A DNA stretch of 64,000 bases from Lepidodermella squamata. Lineage: Eukaryota; Animalia; Gastrotricha. The stretch spans positions 2,604,001 through 2,668,000 of the forward strand of contig JBLDXI010000042.1 of NCBI GenBank assembly GCA_047495785.1, read 5' to 3'. Below are positions 27,230-40,380 of the stretch, piece after piece. Position 1 is the first letter of the stretch, and every line of letters starts with the position of its first letter. The notes under the pieces were generated by a model. That model was given only the letters and a program-made list of their open reading frames with translations. It ran no database searches and was not told the DNA's origin. The translations under genes were made by a program, and so were the position numbers.

Positions 27230-30200
27230 AAACATAAAAATTGGAAATTTAACAAATTTTCAAAAATTCCTCCTTAATTATAATTTTTCTTGGATATTTT
27301 TCATCTCAGCTTCGAATGCACCCAAAATTGAGGTCAATGGCACTCACACTTCGAGGTCGTTCGCTCGTGCGGACAAATTTAATAGTTAATTTTCACACAT
27401 GAGCGGAAATCGATTTAAACTGATTCATCGCCAGATTTATAGGCCCAGGATAATTCGCATTATAGTTCAATTATTCTGCTGGTCATTTGATCTCGCCTAG
27501 CCTTAAAATATCCAAATAATTCACAATCTGTCATGTTTCAAACTATCATAATATTTAATCAATTTTATACGCAATCAATTAGCGAGTAATCAATTTTTCC
27601 TACCCCTGGTTGACAATTGTATCAGCTTTCGATTTATTATATCAAAGTTCACGTTATAAAACACGAATCATGTAATTTTATTATTTTTGTCATTCACTTT
27701 CTCGCTCGCGCTAGCCAGGGAATCACAAATCAATGTGACGGTTTGAAACAGGAGTTAAAAGCTCCATGACACCTCTGCGTGCGCGCGGGAGCGGGCGATG
27801 CTAAATAAATTTATTACCAGGCGAGATTCGAATACGACAGAACTTGGCAGTTTTATTACTATTTTATAACATCACACGCGGACGCGCCAAATCACATACG
27901 ATGTCACTTTAATTTCACAACAAACACACACGCACGTATCTGCTGTTGCTGCCGGCTATAGAGACACGATCGATAATCGCGCGCTGCACGCCAAAAACAG
28001 GCAGCATTTCGCACGCGCTCGCCCGACCAAAAATCAATTACCTCTCGAGTACACATTTCGCATTCAGAGACAGTAGTAGTGGGCAAGCAAGCGAAGAAAC
28101 TCGCCATTTCGCCTGTGCTTTCTTCGCTCTCCGCGGGCCGATCGCAGCTGCGCCGCTGCTTTACATATTCATTTTTATTATGATTATCGATCGAATTTTT
28201 CAGCTACGCACACAACACAGCCTTTTGCCTTCACATCCGCCAGCGCAAACACGTCGCATAGGGAGTATAATAATAATAATATAGGATATATATTCATATG
28301 AGACGCATGTCGTCTCGGTAGCCGGAGAGGAAAAAAGTTGCGGTGCGACATCGATCGATAATTTTTCTCGTCAAAACACAAATGCAGTTAAGACGCCGAT
28401 TATTCGCTGCTGCCGACGATGAAAAATCATTCGGCAAATAATAAAAAAAGACGTCCATCATCTTGAGGTCTCGTTTTAATAATGTAATGAAAACTTGGCC
28501 ACTGGAAAGACGAAAATTCGCGCGCGCGAACGGCTGCTGTCTACGACAAACAATAAACGAGGGCCACATAGTAAATGCACCATGCAATTTAACGCGGAAA
28601 TCGATATATGACCCGAGTCGATAATTTGTTATTCCAGCTGTTATTATTGTGTTGTTTCTACCACCACAAAACGATGATGATGATGACGACGACGACAATA
28701 ATGCAAACAACGACGAAGACTACAATAACAACAAAACAGAGTAGCAATTTCCATGCTATTAGGCGCCTCAAGCACTCGCGCGGCGTATTTACAGCTTAAC
28801 GACCTCGAAGCGTTTATTTTTGTTGTGACCTCGACCCTTTGGGGAGTACATCTCACAGCTTCCGATAACGCCGAGTTCTGCGTTAAATAAACGCACAAGA
28901 AGCGTCCGTAAAATTTATATCGAATTTGAACACGCACAGCCGGAGCTTTAAATGAACATTCAGAAGCGGATTGAAAATTAATCGCTATGACGCTATGAAA
29001 ATAGCTTCGCATATGGCGCAGCTCAAGTCAATGAATTTTACAAAACGTTAAAACAACAAACCTGTCAGGAATGTAGCGGTGAGTAATAAAGGAGCAAATG
29101 TCGATTTGTGGAACATTTCTTTACAAGACGTTGATTTCTTCAATTTAAACCAGTATCACATTGCTCGCTGAAAATAATAACAAACATTCCTATTATAAAA
29201 AAAAACATAAAAATTTCATGTCATGATCCGTGCAAAAGAGTACTAACTCGTGAAAAAATCAAAGATTAAGCTCAAAAAAATGCGCCCTTGAAAATCGATT
29301 TTTTAATCAGTATTAAAATGTGTGAAGTTCACATATGAGCTAGTGCGTGTCAGTTTGGGCGGAAAATTAGCTCACGTCATGAAAAAAGCAGCGAGCTGAT
29401 CATGAGATAAGCATTAGTGCGTCCGTATCTTAATAATGTGATTTATTGATCTGAAACCGTTTTTTTCCTATAAACCTGGTTAATGCGATTCTTGATGCAA
29501 TGTAGTAATAAACTTACTAATAGAGAATGAAACCTCTTTATGTCAGACTGAGTTAACTTCACAGAAAATACTACGAAAAACAAAAAATGCATCAACAGCC
29601 ATTCATTCAAAATAGCGTCTCGCTAGATCGAAGAATTATATGGTTGAACAATCTTGTCAACGACTGTACATAATTCGTAAACTGAAGGCCGCGTAGAATG
29701 ATGAGCATTGTTCATCGCTTCATGTAAAATCCAAGCATTTCCAATAGACACCTGAATTATTGGTTCTCGCACTAGACGCACTAGACATTTCCTCCATCTA
29801 TTAATTGTCAATTAGAATACCTAGAATACACGTTTAGTAAACGAAGCAAAACGATCTACATTCGGCTGCTGCGGAGCGCTTAGTTTATCAGCTAAAAACA
29901 CTAAAAGGACAAGATAAACACAGGATTCAGCCCACTGAGCTTAGAGCAACAGCATAATATGGACCAGATGGGTAAAAAATTCTTCCAGATTCACTCCATG
30001 AAAAATTGAACTCAAGAACACAAAACAACCTCTTTCCAGTAGCGAGCCTGTTTCTTGTAAAAATCCTTCAAACAGTTATTGTCAGCAAGAACCTGCCAGC
30101 GGAACCCTGGCGATTTCCGAGTGGGTATGTCATACGAGTTGTGAAATTTAATACTTCAAGCTAATATGTCAGGGCCTAAGGTGAAAAGCGTCAAGAGCGA

Positions 30201-32493
30201 AGGCTTTTATAATTACAAGACATATACGATCAACAAACTGTTAGACAGATGACGCAGTCTGCGCACAGGAAGCGGAGAAAAGGTGCATGCTAACCCAAAT
30301 TCAACGCTCTCAAAAATGACCGATTCGGCGCCCTTCAAGTTACAAGTTATACCATATACCTTACACGCTAATCCTACGAGGCGCCCTCTAAAGCCCCACC
30401 TTTTTTAGGTAGAAAAAAAGTATGTCACCAGGATAACTAAAGTAAAGGGTTTAGTAGACTTTTTCTTACCATTCGATTGGCGTAAACAAAGACATATATG
30501 TATAAATAAAAGTTTGAAGCGTAAAATCGGACTATTTTCACTTCCCGTGCTACTCCAGGCTCCACCCTTCCGAGTTATCTCCACTACTGCCTGTTAAACT
30601 TCCGGCGCCAGGAATAGGTATATAACACGAAATGCGATTGTGAAGTTAACTAAGAGAATGAGGATAATGTTATACGTCACCAGGCTTCAACGGCGATGCC
30701 CTCCATGGTAAACAAATGGTAAATGGTAGTAAATGGATAATAACTGTTGCAGAATTTCTCAAAGCCTCAAGACAGCGCATCCTTGTGGTCATCAATATTA
30801 CCTAGATTGATGCGAACAAAATGAACTACTGATGACTTTCATTCGGGGCAGGCATAAACAAAATTTGGGAGAAGGTAGCATGAAATGCTTCAGCTCAATT
30901 AAGACAAAGTCAGTATGTGGGCGAAGAAATCATATGGATATACAAGGTTGTCCTCGATCCCAATTCAAGTAAGACTTGAAAGGATTCTGCATTCTTACTT
31001 CTATCAGTTATCGCAAGATTGATAGCGAACTCATTTATTATGAGTTAACAGTGGTTGTCATAGGTCATAGGTCCAATTGAATAACTTTATTCTCACTGAC
31101 ATCGCTATTAGAGCCTCAAAGGACGAATGATTTAGACGCATATCAGCAAGAGATAGCAGAGAAGAAAGGAAATTGTGGAAACCACCAATGCAAGACGTTT
31201 ATTTTCCCAAGCTGACATTTACCCGTTCCTTATCGAGCCAAGCAAACTGATTCTGGCTAAAATGAAGTGCAAGTTGAGCGAAGCAAAGTATTTCTATGGA
31301 GTCTCCATGCGGTAGCGCCAACATCAATTGACAGGAAAAGGCACTTAGCAAAAAGCAAGCACCCGCCACGAATTTACACAATTTTACTGAAGACTGAAGG
31401 GTGGAGAGGACGCTTAACGCTTATCGGCGATCGGCTAACGGCTTACCGCAACAGGACGGAAATGCGAAGGACACTTGGTTTTAGTTGGCTTTGGCAAAGA
31501 AAAATCGGGTCCCCAAAAAGACATCGCCGTCCTACCCCACACTTTTTATACATTTCCGCCGAATTAAAATGATACTTCAACAAATAAGTCAAATAGTACA
31601 TTTAAAAATCTGAAACATATACTTACATTTATTATATGTGAAAACAAAACCAAAATAAAAATGTTGCCGCTGCCGCGTGGGAAAACCCCGCGGCGAATGA
31701 GACTCAAAACGTTCGAAGCCTGTCGTTAGTTCTGAAAAAAGAAAGCAGCCAGCAGCCATCGACAATCGGTCATCGATCATAATCTGCCATCACCACTTTG
31801 GTTCAACGGGGTGTTGTAATATATACCGGTCAGGTTTGATTTTCAATGGATTCTTCTGATGTTTTTTACTCAGAGCCTGCAATACCGAAACAAAATGAAA
31901 AATTAATCCTGCTCAGGGTTTCATCTTCATCTTCTTCGAAGCTGAGAACTGGGTGTTTGATATTATTTGTGTTTCGGCCTAAATAGCTGACAGTGAAGAA
32001 TCACTAATGTTTTACTTCTTGAACTTGAGTTGAATTGTGCAGAAAAGCGTTGTTGGGCTCATCGTGATAGATGCCCGAAGGTAAAGATGCCGGGCATAAG
32101 GCATTTCCATTTTCAAGCATTAGAACTAAAGCATGAATGATCAGGTTGTCGAGATCCTCACTTTCAATGTCTAAGTAGCAATAACATCAGTGAGTTGGTG
32201 GCTTAGTGACGGAGGCAGTAGGCTATCGTTCTGGATGTTCAAGAATCCCTATGAAGTATGAAGCTATCCATCTGGTGAGATAATCAGTGCCATTTGTCAA
32301 TTGCAAATGTTTTTTGCTGAAACATTCCTTCGAAATCTCTTTACACTGCATCTTGGTACCAACCAGTCTTGTTATTGCACATCCCGTAATTCCAATCAGT
32401 ATTTTGCAATCCACTCTGTCTAAAGCTCAATGCTCACGCCATTCTTAATCTCATAAACATGTTCTTTTTTATGTACTTAGATATTTTATATTG

Positions 32494-35400
32494 ATGGCTT
32501 GGATTGACTCAAGCTGTCCGCTCAGAAATGCTAAGAGAGTGCAGTTCGGCATTTTATCGCCAGAAGAAATTGTAAGTTGACTACTCATTGTTAAAATGGC
32601 AACTGATTATTGATCTTTTTCCAGCGGCGGATGTCAGTCACAGAAGGTGGTATCACCTTTCCTGGCACTATGGAGGCTGGCAAGCCGAAGCTTTGCGGTT
32701 TGATGGATCCTCGGCAGGGTGTCATTGAGCGAACGGGCAAATGTTTGACTTGCTCATGTGATATGAACACATGTCCTGGTCATTTTGGCCACGTTGAACT
32801 GGCCCGCCCGGTTTACCACATTGGCTGGCTTACAAAAACTATAAAAATTCTTCGCTGCGTATGCTTTTACTGCGCAAAAATGCTCGTCGACTCAGTAAGC
32901 GTTGTTACGTGTAATGTGCTAACTATTTTATCGGTTTTGTTGTTGTCAGGATAGCCCTGCAATTAAAGAAGCTATTGCAAAGACTCGACTAAGCCCGCGT
33001 CGTCGACTCGCCCTCGTATATGAGCTGTGCAAATCCAGAAATATTTGCGAAGGCGCAGAAGAAGACGTACCAGGTGGTCAGCCGGTGAAGGAGGAGGAAG
33101 ACGATTTTGGCCTAAAGAAAAAGAAGAAGGGCTTTGTGAAAGGTGGCTGCGGGCGCTATCAACCTCAGTACCGCCGTCAAGGCCTCGAGTTGACAGCAGA
33201 ATGGAAACATCAAAACGATGACACCCAAGAGCGTAAAATAATTTTAACTGCCGAGCGCGTTCTCGAAGTATTTCGGCGTGTGTCTGACATTGACTGCTTC
33301 GCATTGGGTATGGACCCGCGTTGGGCTCGTCCCGATTGGATGATAATATCGGTTCTTCCCGTTGCACCATTGTGCGTTCGACCTTCAGTTGTCATGTTCG
33401 GCACGACTCGAAATCAAGACGATTTGACTCACAAATTGGCTGATATAGTCAAGTGGAACAATCAGTTGAAGAGGAATGAACAAAATGGTGCAGCTGCACA
33501 TATCATTGCTGAGGATGTAAAGATGCTTCAATATCACGTAGCCACGCTTTTCGACAATGAAATTCCCGGTCTTCCTAAGGCTACACAAAAATCCGGTCGT
33601 CCCCTCAAATCAATCAAACAAAGATTAAAGGGGAAAGAAGGTCGTATTCGAGGCAATTTGATGGGTAAACGTGTCGATTTCTCCGGTCGTACTGTCATCA
33701 CGCCTGATCCGAATCTACGGATTGATCAAGTCGGCGTTCCTCGAACAATTGCTCAGAATTTGACGTTTCCTGAGATTGTCTCCCCGCTCAACATGGACTA
33801 CCTGCGAGAGCTCGTAGAACGTGGTCCGAATCAATATCCTGGTGCTCGATACATCATTCGAGATGATGGTACTCGAATCGATTTGCGATTCAATCCTCGC
33901 CCTGCTGATCTCCACCTTCAACCCGGTTATAAGGTGGAACGACATATGCGAGATGGCGATGCTGTCGTTTTCAATCGTCAGCCCACTCTTCACAAGATGT
34001 CTATGATGTGTCACAGAGTCAAGGTGCTTCCATGGTCTACTTTCCGCCTTAATCTTTCAGTAACAACCCCGTACAACGCCGATTTCGACGGTGACGAAAT
34101 GAATCTTCATTTGCCTCAATCATACGAGGCGAGAGCTGAAATTCTCGAGTTGGCTTTGGTACCTCGTCTCATCATCACACCCCAAGCCAATCGACCTGTC
34201 ATGGGTATTGTGCAAGATACGCTGACAGCTTCCAACAAAATGACAAAGCGCGACGTTTTCATCGAAAAAGAAAACGTGATGAACCTGCTGCTTCAAATTC
34301 CTCATTGGAACGGCATTATCCCCCAGCCGGCTATTCTCAAGCCAAAACCACTATGGACCGGTAAACAGCTGTTCTCACTGACCATTCCTGGCAAGGTTAA
34401 CTGCGTCAGAACCCACAACGCCCATCCTGACGATGAAGATCGAGGGCCATACAAGTGGCTATCCCCGGGTGATACGAAGGTCCTAATCGAAAACGGCGAG
34501 CTGATTTGCGGAATGTTGGACAAACGCACACTCGGTCCGTCTAGCGGTTCTCTCATGCACATTGTCGCTTTGGAGTTGACCCACGTTGAAGCCGGCGAGT
34601 TTTACGGCCACATTCAAACCCTCATCAACAACTGGCTGCTAATCGATGGTCACACAATCGGTATTGGTGACACTATCGCCGACCCTCAGACCTACGAGGA
34701 GATCCAGGAAACGATTAAATCCGCCAAAAATCGTGTGTATGAAGTCATTGAAAAAGCGCATCACGACGACTTGGAGCCCACCCCTGGTAACACGTTGCGT
34801 CAAACTTTCGAGAACACCGTGAATCACCTCTTGAACGACGCCCGTGACAAAACTGGTGGTTCTGCTCAGCGTTCGTTGTCAGAGTTCAACAACTTCAAGG
34901 CGATGGTCGTTTCCGGTGCGAAAGGTTCGAAAATTAACATTTCTCAGGTCATCGCCTGTGTCGGTCAGCAAAACGTCGAAGGTAAACGTATTCCGTTCGG
35001 CTTCTCGCGGCGTACCCTGCCTCATTTCATCAAGGACGACTACGGTCCTGAGTCGAAGGGTTTCGTCGAGAACTCTTACCTCGCCGGTCTGACCCCGTCC
35101 GAATTCTTCTTCCACGCCATGGGAGGTCGTGAAGGTCTTATCGATACCGCCGTCAAAACTGCCGAAACCGGTTACATCCAACGTCGTCTCATCAAGTCCA
35201 TGGAGTCAGTCATGGTCAAATACGACGGAACTATTCGTAACCAGCTCGAGCAGATGGTTCAATTCCGTTACGGTGAAGATGGCCTCGACGCGACTCGAGT
35301 CGAGTTCCAGAACTTGCTATCGTACAAGCCTAGCGACAAAGCCTTCGAAAAATCGTTCAGGTTCGACCTGAATAATCAAAAGCAGTTGAATGACGTGTTC

Positions 35401-38400
35401 AACGACGATCTTGTGCGAGAGATTTCAGGTGACACCAAACTCCCTCTTGAAATCGACCTCGAATTCGAGCAGTTATCAAAGGATCGTCGCGAGCTGCGAA
35501 TGTTGTTCAAAAATGGAAACGCTCGAGTTGTCCTACCGTGTAATATCGAACGTTTAGTTTGGAACGCGCAGAAAATTTTCAAAATCGACACCCGCCGTCC
35601 TACAGATCTCAACCCACTTCAAGTCGTGCAAAGTGTCCGAGACCTTTGCGAGCGACTGGTCATCGTGAAGGGCGAGGACCGTTTGAGTAAAGAAGCTAAC
35701 CGAAACGCAACTTTGCTGATTGATACTCACATTCGATCATCACTGTGCACGAAACGAGCCTGCGTCGACTATCGGTTGAGCACTGCGGCCTTCGAATGGC
35801 TGGTTGGTGAAATTGAGTCGCGCTTCAACCAGGCCATGGCCCATCCGGGTGAAATGGTTGGTCCCCTCGCCGCCCAGTCTCTCGGTGAGCCGGCTACTCA
35901 GATGACACTGAACACTTTCCACTACGCCGGTGTGTCGGCTAAGAACGTAACACTCGGTGTGCCGCGTTTGAAGGAAATCATCAACGTGTCGAAGAAGCCG
36001 AAGACCCCCTCGCTCACTGTTTTCTTGACTGGTCAGGCTGCTAAAGACGCGGAACGAGCCAAGGATGTTCTCTGTCGACTTGAGCACACAACTCTTCGAA
36101 AAGTCACAGCAAACACGGCGATTTACTACGATCCAGATCCTAAGAACACGGTACGTATTTATGGTTTAGAAATTTCCACTGTATTTAAGCTGAATATTTC
36201 ACCGCCCAACTTGAACTTTTTTAAGGAGGATTTAAAAAATAATAATTATCAACAGGGTTGCTACGTGAAATGTTTAGCTTAAAGTGGAAATTCCGCATTA
36301 GACTTTCTGTGATGAAATGTGTGACTTGCCCTCTATCTGATCAAACTTGATTATTAAGTCTAATTAACCTGATTTTAAAATTGAAAATTTTAACCAATTT
36401 TTCCATATTTTCTTGCGAAAATAACCTTTTTTACGTTTTAATTTCAGCTGATTGCCGAGGATCAAGATTTCGTGTCGATTTACTACGAGATGTCTGAAGT
36501 CGACCCGTCTCGGTTGTCGCCATGGTTGCTACGTATCGAGCTCGATCGCAAGCGTATGACCGACAAAAAGCTGACAATGGAACAGATTTCGGAGAAAATT
36601 TCCCTCGCTTTCGGCGAAGATCTTAACTGCATGTTCAACGACGATAACGCTGAGAAGCTCATCTTGCGTATTCGCATCACCTCGAACCCTGAAGAGAAGG
36701 TCGCCGAGCAAATGGATAACGATGGCGGGCAGGTCGTGGTCGAATCCGCGAATCGCATGGACGACTACATGTTCTTGCGGTGTATCGAGGCTAATCTGCT
36801 CAGTGATTTGACCCTCCAGGGCATCGAAGCTATTTCGAAGGTCTACATGCATCTTCCGAAAACTGAAGACAAGAAGCGCATCGTTATTACCGACACTGGT
36901 GAATTCAAGGGCATTGCCGAGTGGATTCTCGAAACCGACGGTACTGCGTTGCAGCAGGTCTTGAGTGAGCGTGACGTGAATAACTCGAGAACATTCACCA
37001 ACGACGTCGTTGAAATTTTTTCGGTACTCGGTATCGAAGCTGTGCGTAAATCCATCGAAAACGAGATGAATAACGTCATTTCTTTCGACGGCTCGTACGT
37101 CAACTACCGTCATTTAGCCCTGCTTTGCGAGGTTATGACTGCAAAGGGCCATTTGATGGCTATTACCCGTCACGGTATCAACCGGCAAGACACTGGTGCG
37201 CTGGCGAGGTGCTCGTTCGAAGAAACTGTCGACATTTTGTTGGACGCGGCGAGTCATGGTGAAAGTGACCCGTTGCGTGGTGTCTCCGAAAACATTATGA
37301 TGGGTCAACTTGGTCGGTTGGGCACCGGGTCGTTCGAGTTACTACTCGACGCTGAGAAGTGTAGACAAGCCATGGAAATTCCGATGGGACCTGGTTTGGG
37401 AATGGGCATGACTGGTATGCTGGAGGCCGGTCCGAGCCAAATCACCCCCTGGCACGACTTGTCAGCTCAAACCCCTGCCTATGTCGGCGATATGTTCCCT
37501 GGTGGCGCTACCCCTGGTGGTTTTGGGGTGGGTGCCTTCTCACCCAGCGCTCAGTCTGAAGTCGGTCTTTCGCCCGGCTACAGCCCTGGTTGGTCACCAT
37601 CCGGCGGCATGTCACCCTCAGCGAGCCCGATGAGCCCTTATGTACCCAGCCCGGGGCAACATTCGCCATCTTATTCGCCGACTTCGCCTCTATACATGCC
37701 GCAATCACCGGCTAGCCCTGGTCTACCGGGTGGTCTCGCCTCGCCGACTTACAGCCCGAGCTACTCGCCATCTACGCCAGCCTATCCACCGGCTAGCCCT
37801 CACTACAGCCCGACCAGCCCGAGTTACAGTCCAACTTCGCCATCATACAGCCCGACGTCGCCTTCCTACTCGCCATCGAGTCCTAAATTCAGCCCGACCA
37901 GTCCGACTTACAGTCCAACTAGCCCGAGCTACAGCCCCACATCGCCGTCGTACTCGCCTTCTAGTCCGAAGTTCAGTCCGACTAGTCCTACCTACAGCCC
38001 GACAAGGTAATTTGAATTCATAATTCTACCCAAAATGACGCTTTTATGATGAGATTTTTGACTTGCCCTCTATTAGTTTACCGATGATTATTAAGTCCTT
38101 ACTGATTCAAGCTTTATACTCAATTTTCGAAGCGTGTAATTTTGCATGGTTTAATGCGATTTTTTTTCAAATTTTAAGCCCGTCGTACAGTCCGACTTCG
38201 CCTTCTTACTCGCCATCGAGTCCGAAATTCAGTCCGACAAGTCCGACCTACAGTCCAACAAGGTAATTATTTCAGCGATTTTCGTGTACATATTCAGAAC
38301 TTATTTTCCTATTTTAGCCCGACGTACAGCCCAACATCGCCGTCTTATTCACCGTCGAGCCCGAATTTCAGCCCTACTTCTCCGACTTACAGCCCAACCA

Positions 38401-38826
38401 GGTTTGTATTCGATTACCTTTCAGTAACAGATTGCCGATTTTATGATGATTTTTCAAGACTTGCCCTATATGAATCATTTGATTATTAGTCCTCATAACT
38501 GATAGAATTCTTTTTAGTAGAGATTTATGGCTTTTTGTATCTTTGTCAAATTTTTTATTCCAATTTTCTGATTTTCCAGTCCGGTTTATTCACCAACATC
38601 TCCCGCGGTCTATTCGCCATCGTCACCTGCCGCGTATTCACCGACGTACTCGCCAACTTCGCCGCGTTACACACCTGGCTCGCCTGAATACAGCCCATCT
38701 AATATAACATCGCCAGCCTACACTCCTCGCACTCCGGCGACACCCGGCCAACCGGAGGCAAGACGCGACGGCGCCGGTCCATCCGGAACCGGAGGTCGAG
38801 GCGCTCAGGGCGGAGCGAAACGTTGA
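32494..38826 (+). CDS. POLR2A: RNA polymerase II largest subunit; exons approx. 32494-32571, 32625-32895, 32950-36150, 36448-38006, 38179-38262, 38318-38401, 38580-38826
   Basis: [37 protein letters not shown] active site, [11 protein letters not shown] trigger loop, YSPTSPS heptads; AATAAA at 39108. Confidence 0.99.
36309..36372 (+). ncRNA. Box C/D snoRNA copy 1 (type A), RPB1 intron 3
   Basis: GTGATGA...GACTTGCCCTCTAT-CTGA...TTGATTA...AAGTC...CTGA; D box 75 nt from the 3' splice site. Confidence 0.88.
38046..38105 (+). ncRNA. Box C/D snoRNA copy 2 (type C, degenerate D'), RPB1 intron 4
   Basis: ATGATGA...GACTTGCCCTCTAT-TAGT...ATGATTA...AAGTC...CTGA; 73 nt from the 3' splice site. Confidence 0.85.
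38443..38502 (+). ncRNA. Box C/D snoRNA copy 3 (type B), RPB1 intron 6
   Basis: ATGATGA...AGACTTGCCCTAT-ATGA...TTGATTA...AGTCC...CTGA; 77 nt from the 3' splice site. Confidence 0.88.
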
Positions 38827-39266
38827 TTTGATCCGCAACTTGTATAATCTTAACTTCTAAATTTTCTAGACTTCACACCAGAACCTTGAAATGTTTAGAG
38901 CTGCTTGGTTGTCTATTTCACTGCTCCTCATCTCACACGCCTGCGTTTCTTTAGTTGACGTCGCGGCGATGTGTTGATTTCTACGCTTAGGGATCATGCT
39001 TTCTTTCGAGCGCAATATTCAACCTAACAACTGCTCTTGTCTTACTGCATTCAATTAATTCATTCATTTTGTGATTACAGTTTTCGTATACGGTGTCTTA
39101 TCTTGACAATAAAGATCCATCACCATCTTTGGATAAATCCAGGGTGACTTTTTATTAATTTTTTTACGGTGTATTTCTAGGTTAATAATTTGGTTTTTAC
39201 GCTACGCATGAAGTTGGGCCGAAATCAAGGTATTTTATTTATCGAGGTGAAACGAGTTGTTTGATA

Positions 39267-39329
39267 GTGATGATATTCGTGACTTGCCCTCTATCTGAGC
39301 TTCGGCTTTGATAATTAAGTCTAATCTGA
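39267..39329 (+). ncRNA. Box C/D snoRNA copy 4 (type A)
   Basis: GTGATGA, guide GACTTGCCCTCTAT, D' CTGA, AGC-TTCG-GCT hairpin, C' TTGATAA, D CTGA. Confidence 0.9.
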
Positions 39330-39479
39330 AAACAGAGGGAAAGAAATGAATTTTTCCGACAACGTTTCGGTGGCTAAATTTTATTTGTGTACAGGTTCAA
39401 TTGTTGCTGATGGAAATAGAAAATTGGCGTAAATACGAGGTAAGATTTAAAAACATCTCGATTAGCAAAACTAGAGTTT

Positions 39480-39542
39480 ATGATGATATTCGTGACTTGC
39501 CCTCTATCTGAGTCAAGACCTTGACTTTTAAGTCTTTTCTGA
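39480..39542 (+). ncRNA. Box C/D snoRNA copy 5 (type A)
   Basis: ATGATGA, GACTTGCCCTCTAT-CTGA, terminal CTGA; nearly identical to copy 12. Confidence 0.9.
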
Positions 39543-39704
39543 TTAGCGCATGTATCGCCTTGATTTGAGAGGTTTGAGCGCAGTAATTGATTGTTTTTTC
39601 AACGTTTTATCAGACTGCAAACGGCGTTGTTCCTGATCAAGTTGGTCTGAAATCTCAAGGTGATTTTTCAATAAAACTTGTAGGATATTGCGGTGTTTTA
39701 TAAC

Positions 39705-39766
39705 CTGATGAATTTGAAGACTTGCCCTATATGAAAAAATCTTGATTATCAGTCCACAAATACTGA
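39705..39766 (+). ncRNA. Box C/D snoRNA copy 6 (type B)
   Basis: CTGATGA, AGACTTGCCCTAT-ATGA, TTGATTA, CTGA. Confidence 0.87.
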
Positions 39767-40075
39767 AAATACTTATAAATGCTTGGAAGGAAGAAGAAAC
39801 TCATGTTCTCGATTTTTACACGGTTTTTAATTTGCAGTTTTTCGGGCTTGAAGATCGTTGAGAAAAAGGCGGATCTACCCTCGAACGAGCTTGATGGCGA
39901 ATGGCAATTAAAAGAGGGCTTGATTGAAGCTCTTGAAAAATGAAGTTGCGATCAAAGAAACATCGACAGAAATATTTGCGACCTGTGTCGACTTCTCAAG
40001 TTCAGCGGATCTTGAGTTCAATGGAATCCTATGATGAGGTAATGCTCGGAAATATTCGTATTATCAATCGCAATT

Positions 40076-40135
40076 ATGATGAGAATTTCGACTTGCCCTC
40101 TCTTAGTAAATCAATGATTATTAAGTCTTAACTGA
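40076..40135 (+). ncRNA. Box C/D snoRNA copy 7 (type C)
   Basis: ATGATGA, GACTTGCCCTCTCT-TAGT, ATGATTA, CTGA; resembles copy 2. Confidence 0.85.
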
Positions 40136-40317
40136 ATGAATTTGAAACCTAGCTTTATCGAACGGATTATTTGTGGACCTTACGAGAACAAACCTTGTTA
40201 TTTCCAGGTGGATGCTGAACAAACTAGATCTGTTGGATCGAGAGCGACAAATGATCGTTCCCAAATGTCAAGCGAAAACGGTACGCATGAGATGTTTTAA
40301 TTGGATTTTATGCTAAA

Positions 40318-40380
40318 GTGATGAGATTTGTGACTTGCCCTCTATCTGAACTTTGGTTTTGATATTTAAGTCTACTCTGA
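40318..40380 (+). ncRNA. Box C/D snoRNA copy 8 (type A)
   Basis: GTGATGA, GACTTGCCCTCTAT-CTGA, TTGATAT, CTGA. Confidence 0.9.

Larger units (their letters stand above)
37804..38700 (+). repeat. RPB1 CTD heptad array with a 4-heptad higher-order unit, split by three introns
   Basis: About 18 contiguous heptads plus degenerate ones; unit [13 protein letters not shown](K/N)[14 protein letters not shown] occurs four times. Confidence 0.95.

Noticed and set aside
28670-28740. GAT/GAC/AAC triplet runs and overlapping short ORFs
   Set aside because: Simple low-complexity microsatellite in the calsyntenin upstream region.
29000-32450. Possible gene between calsyntenin and RPB1
   Set aside because: Only short ORFs with no motifs and frequent stops; treated as intergenic or decayed sequence.
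33210-37708. Antisense and alternative-frame ORFs over RPB1 (likewise over calsyntenin, aquaporins and TIR genes)
   Set aside because: Expected shadows of codon bias on real coding exons.
39940-40131. 63-aa ORF in the snoRNA host region
   Set aside because: It runs through a splice donor (40039) and snoRNA copy 7; no recognisable protein features.
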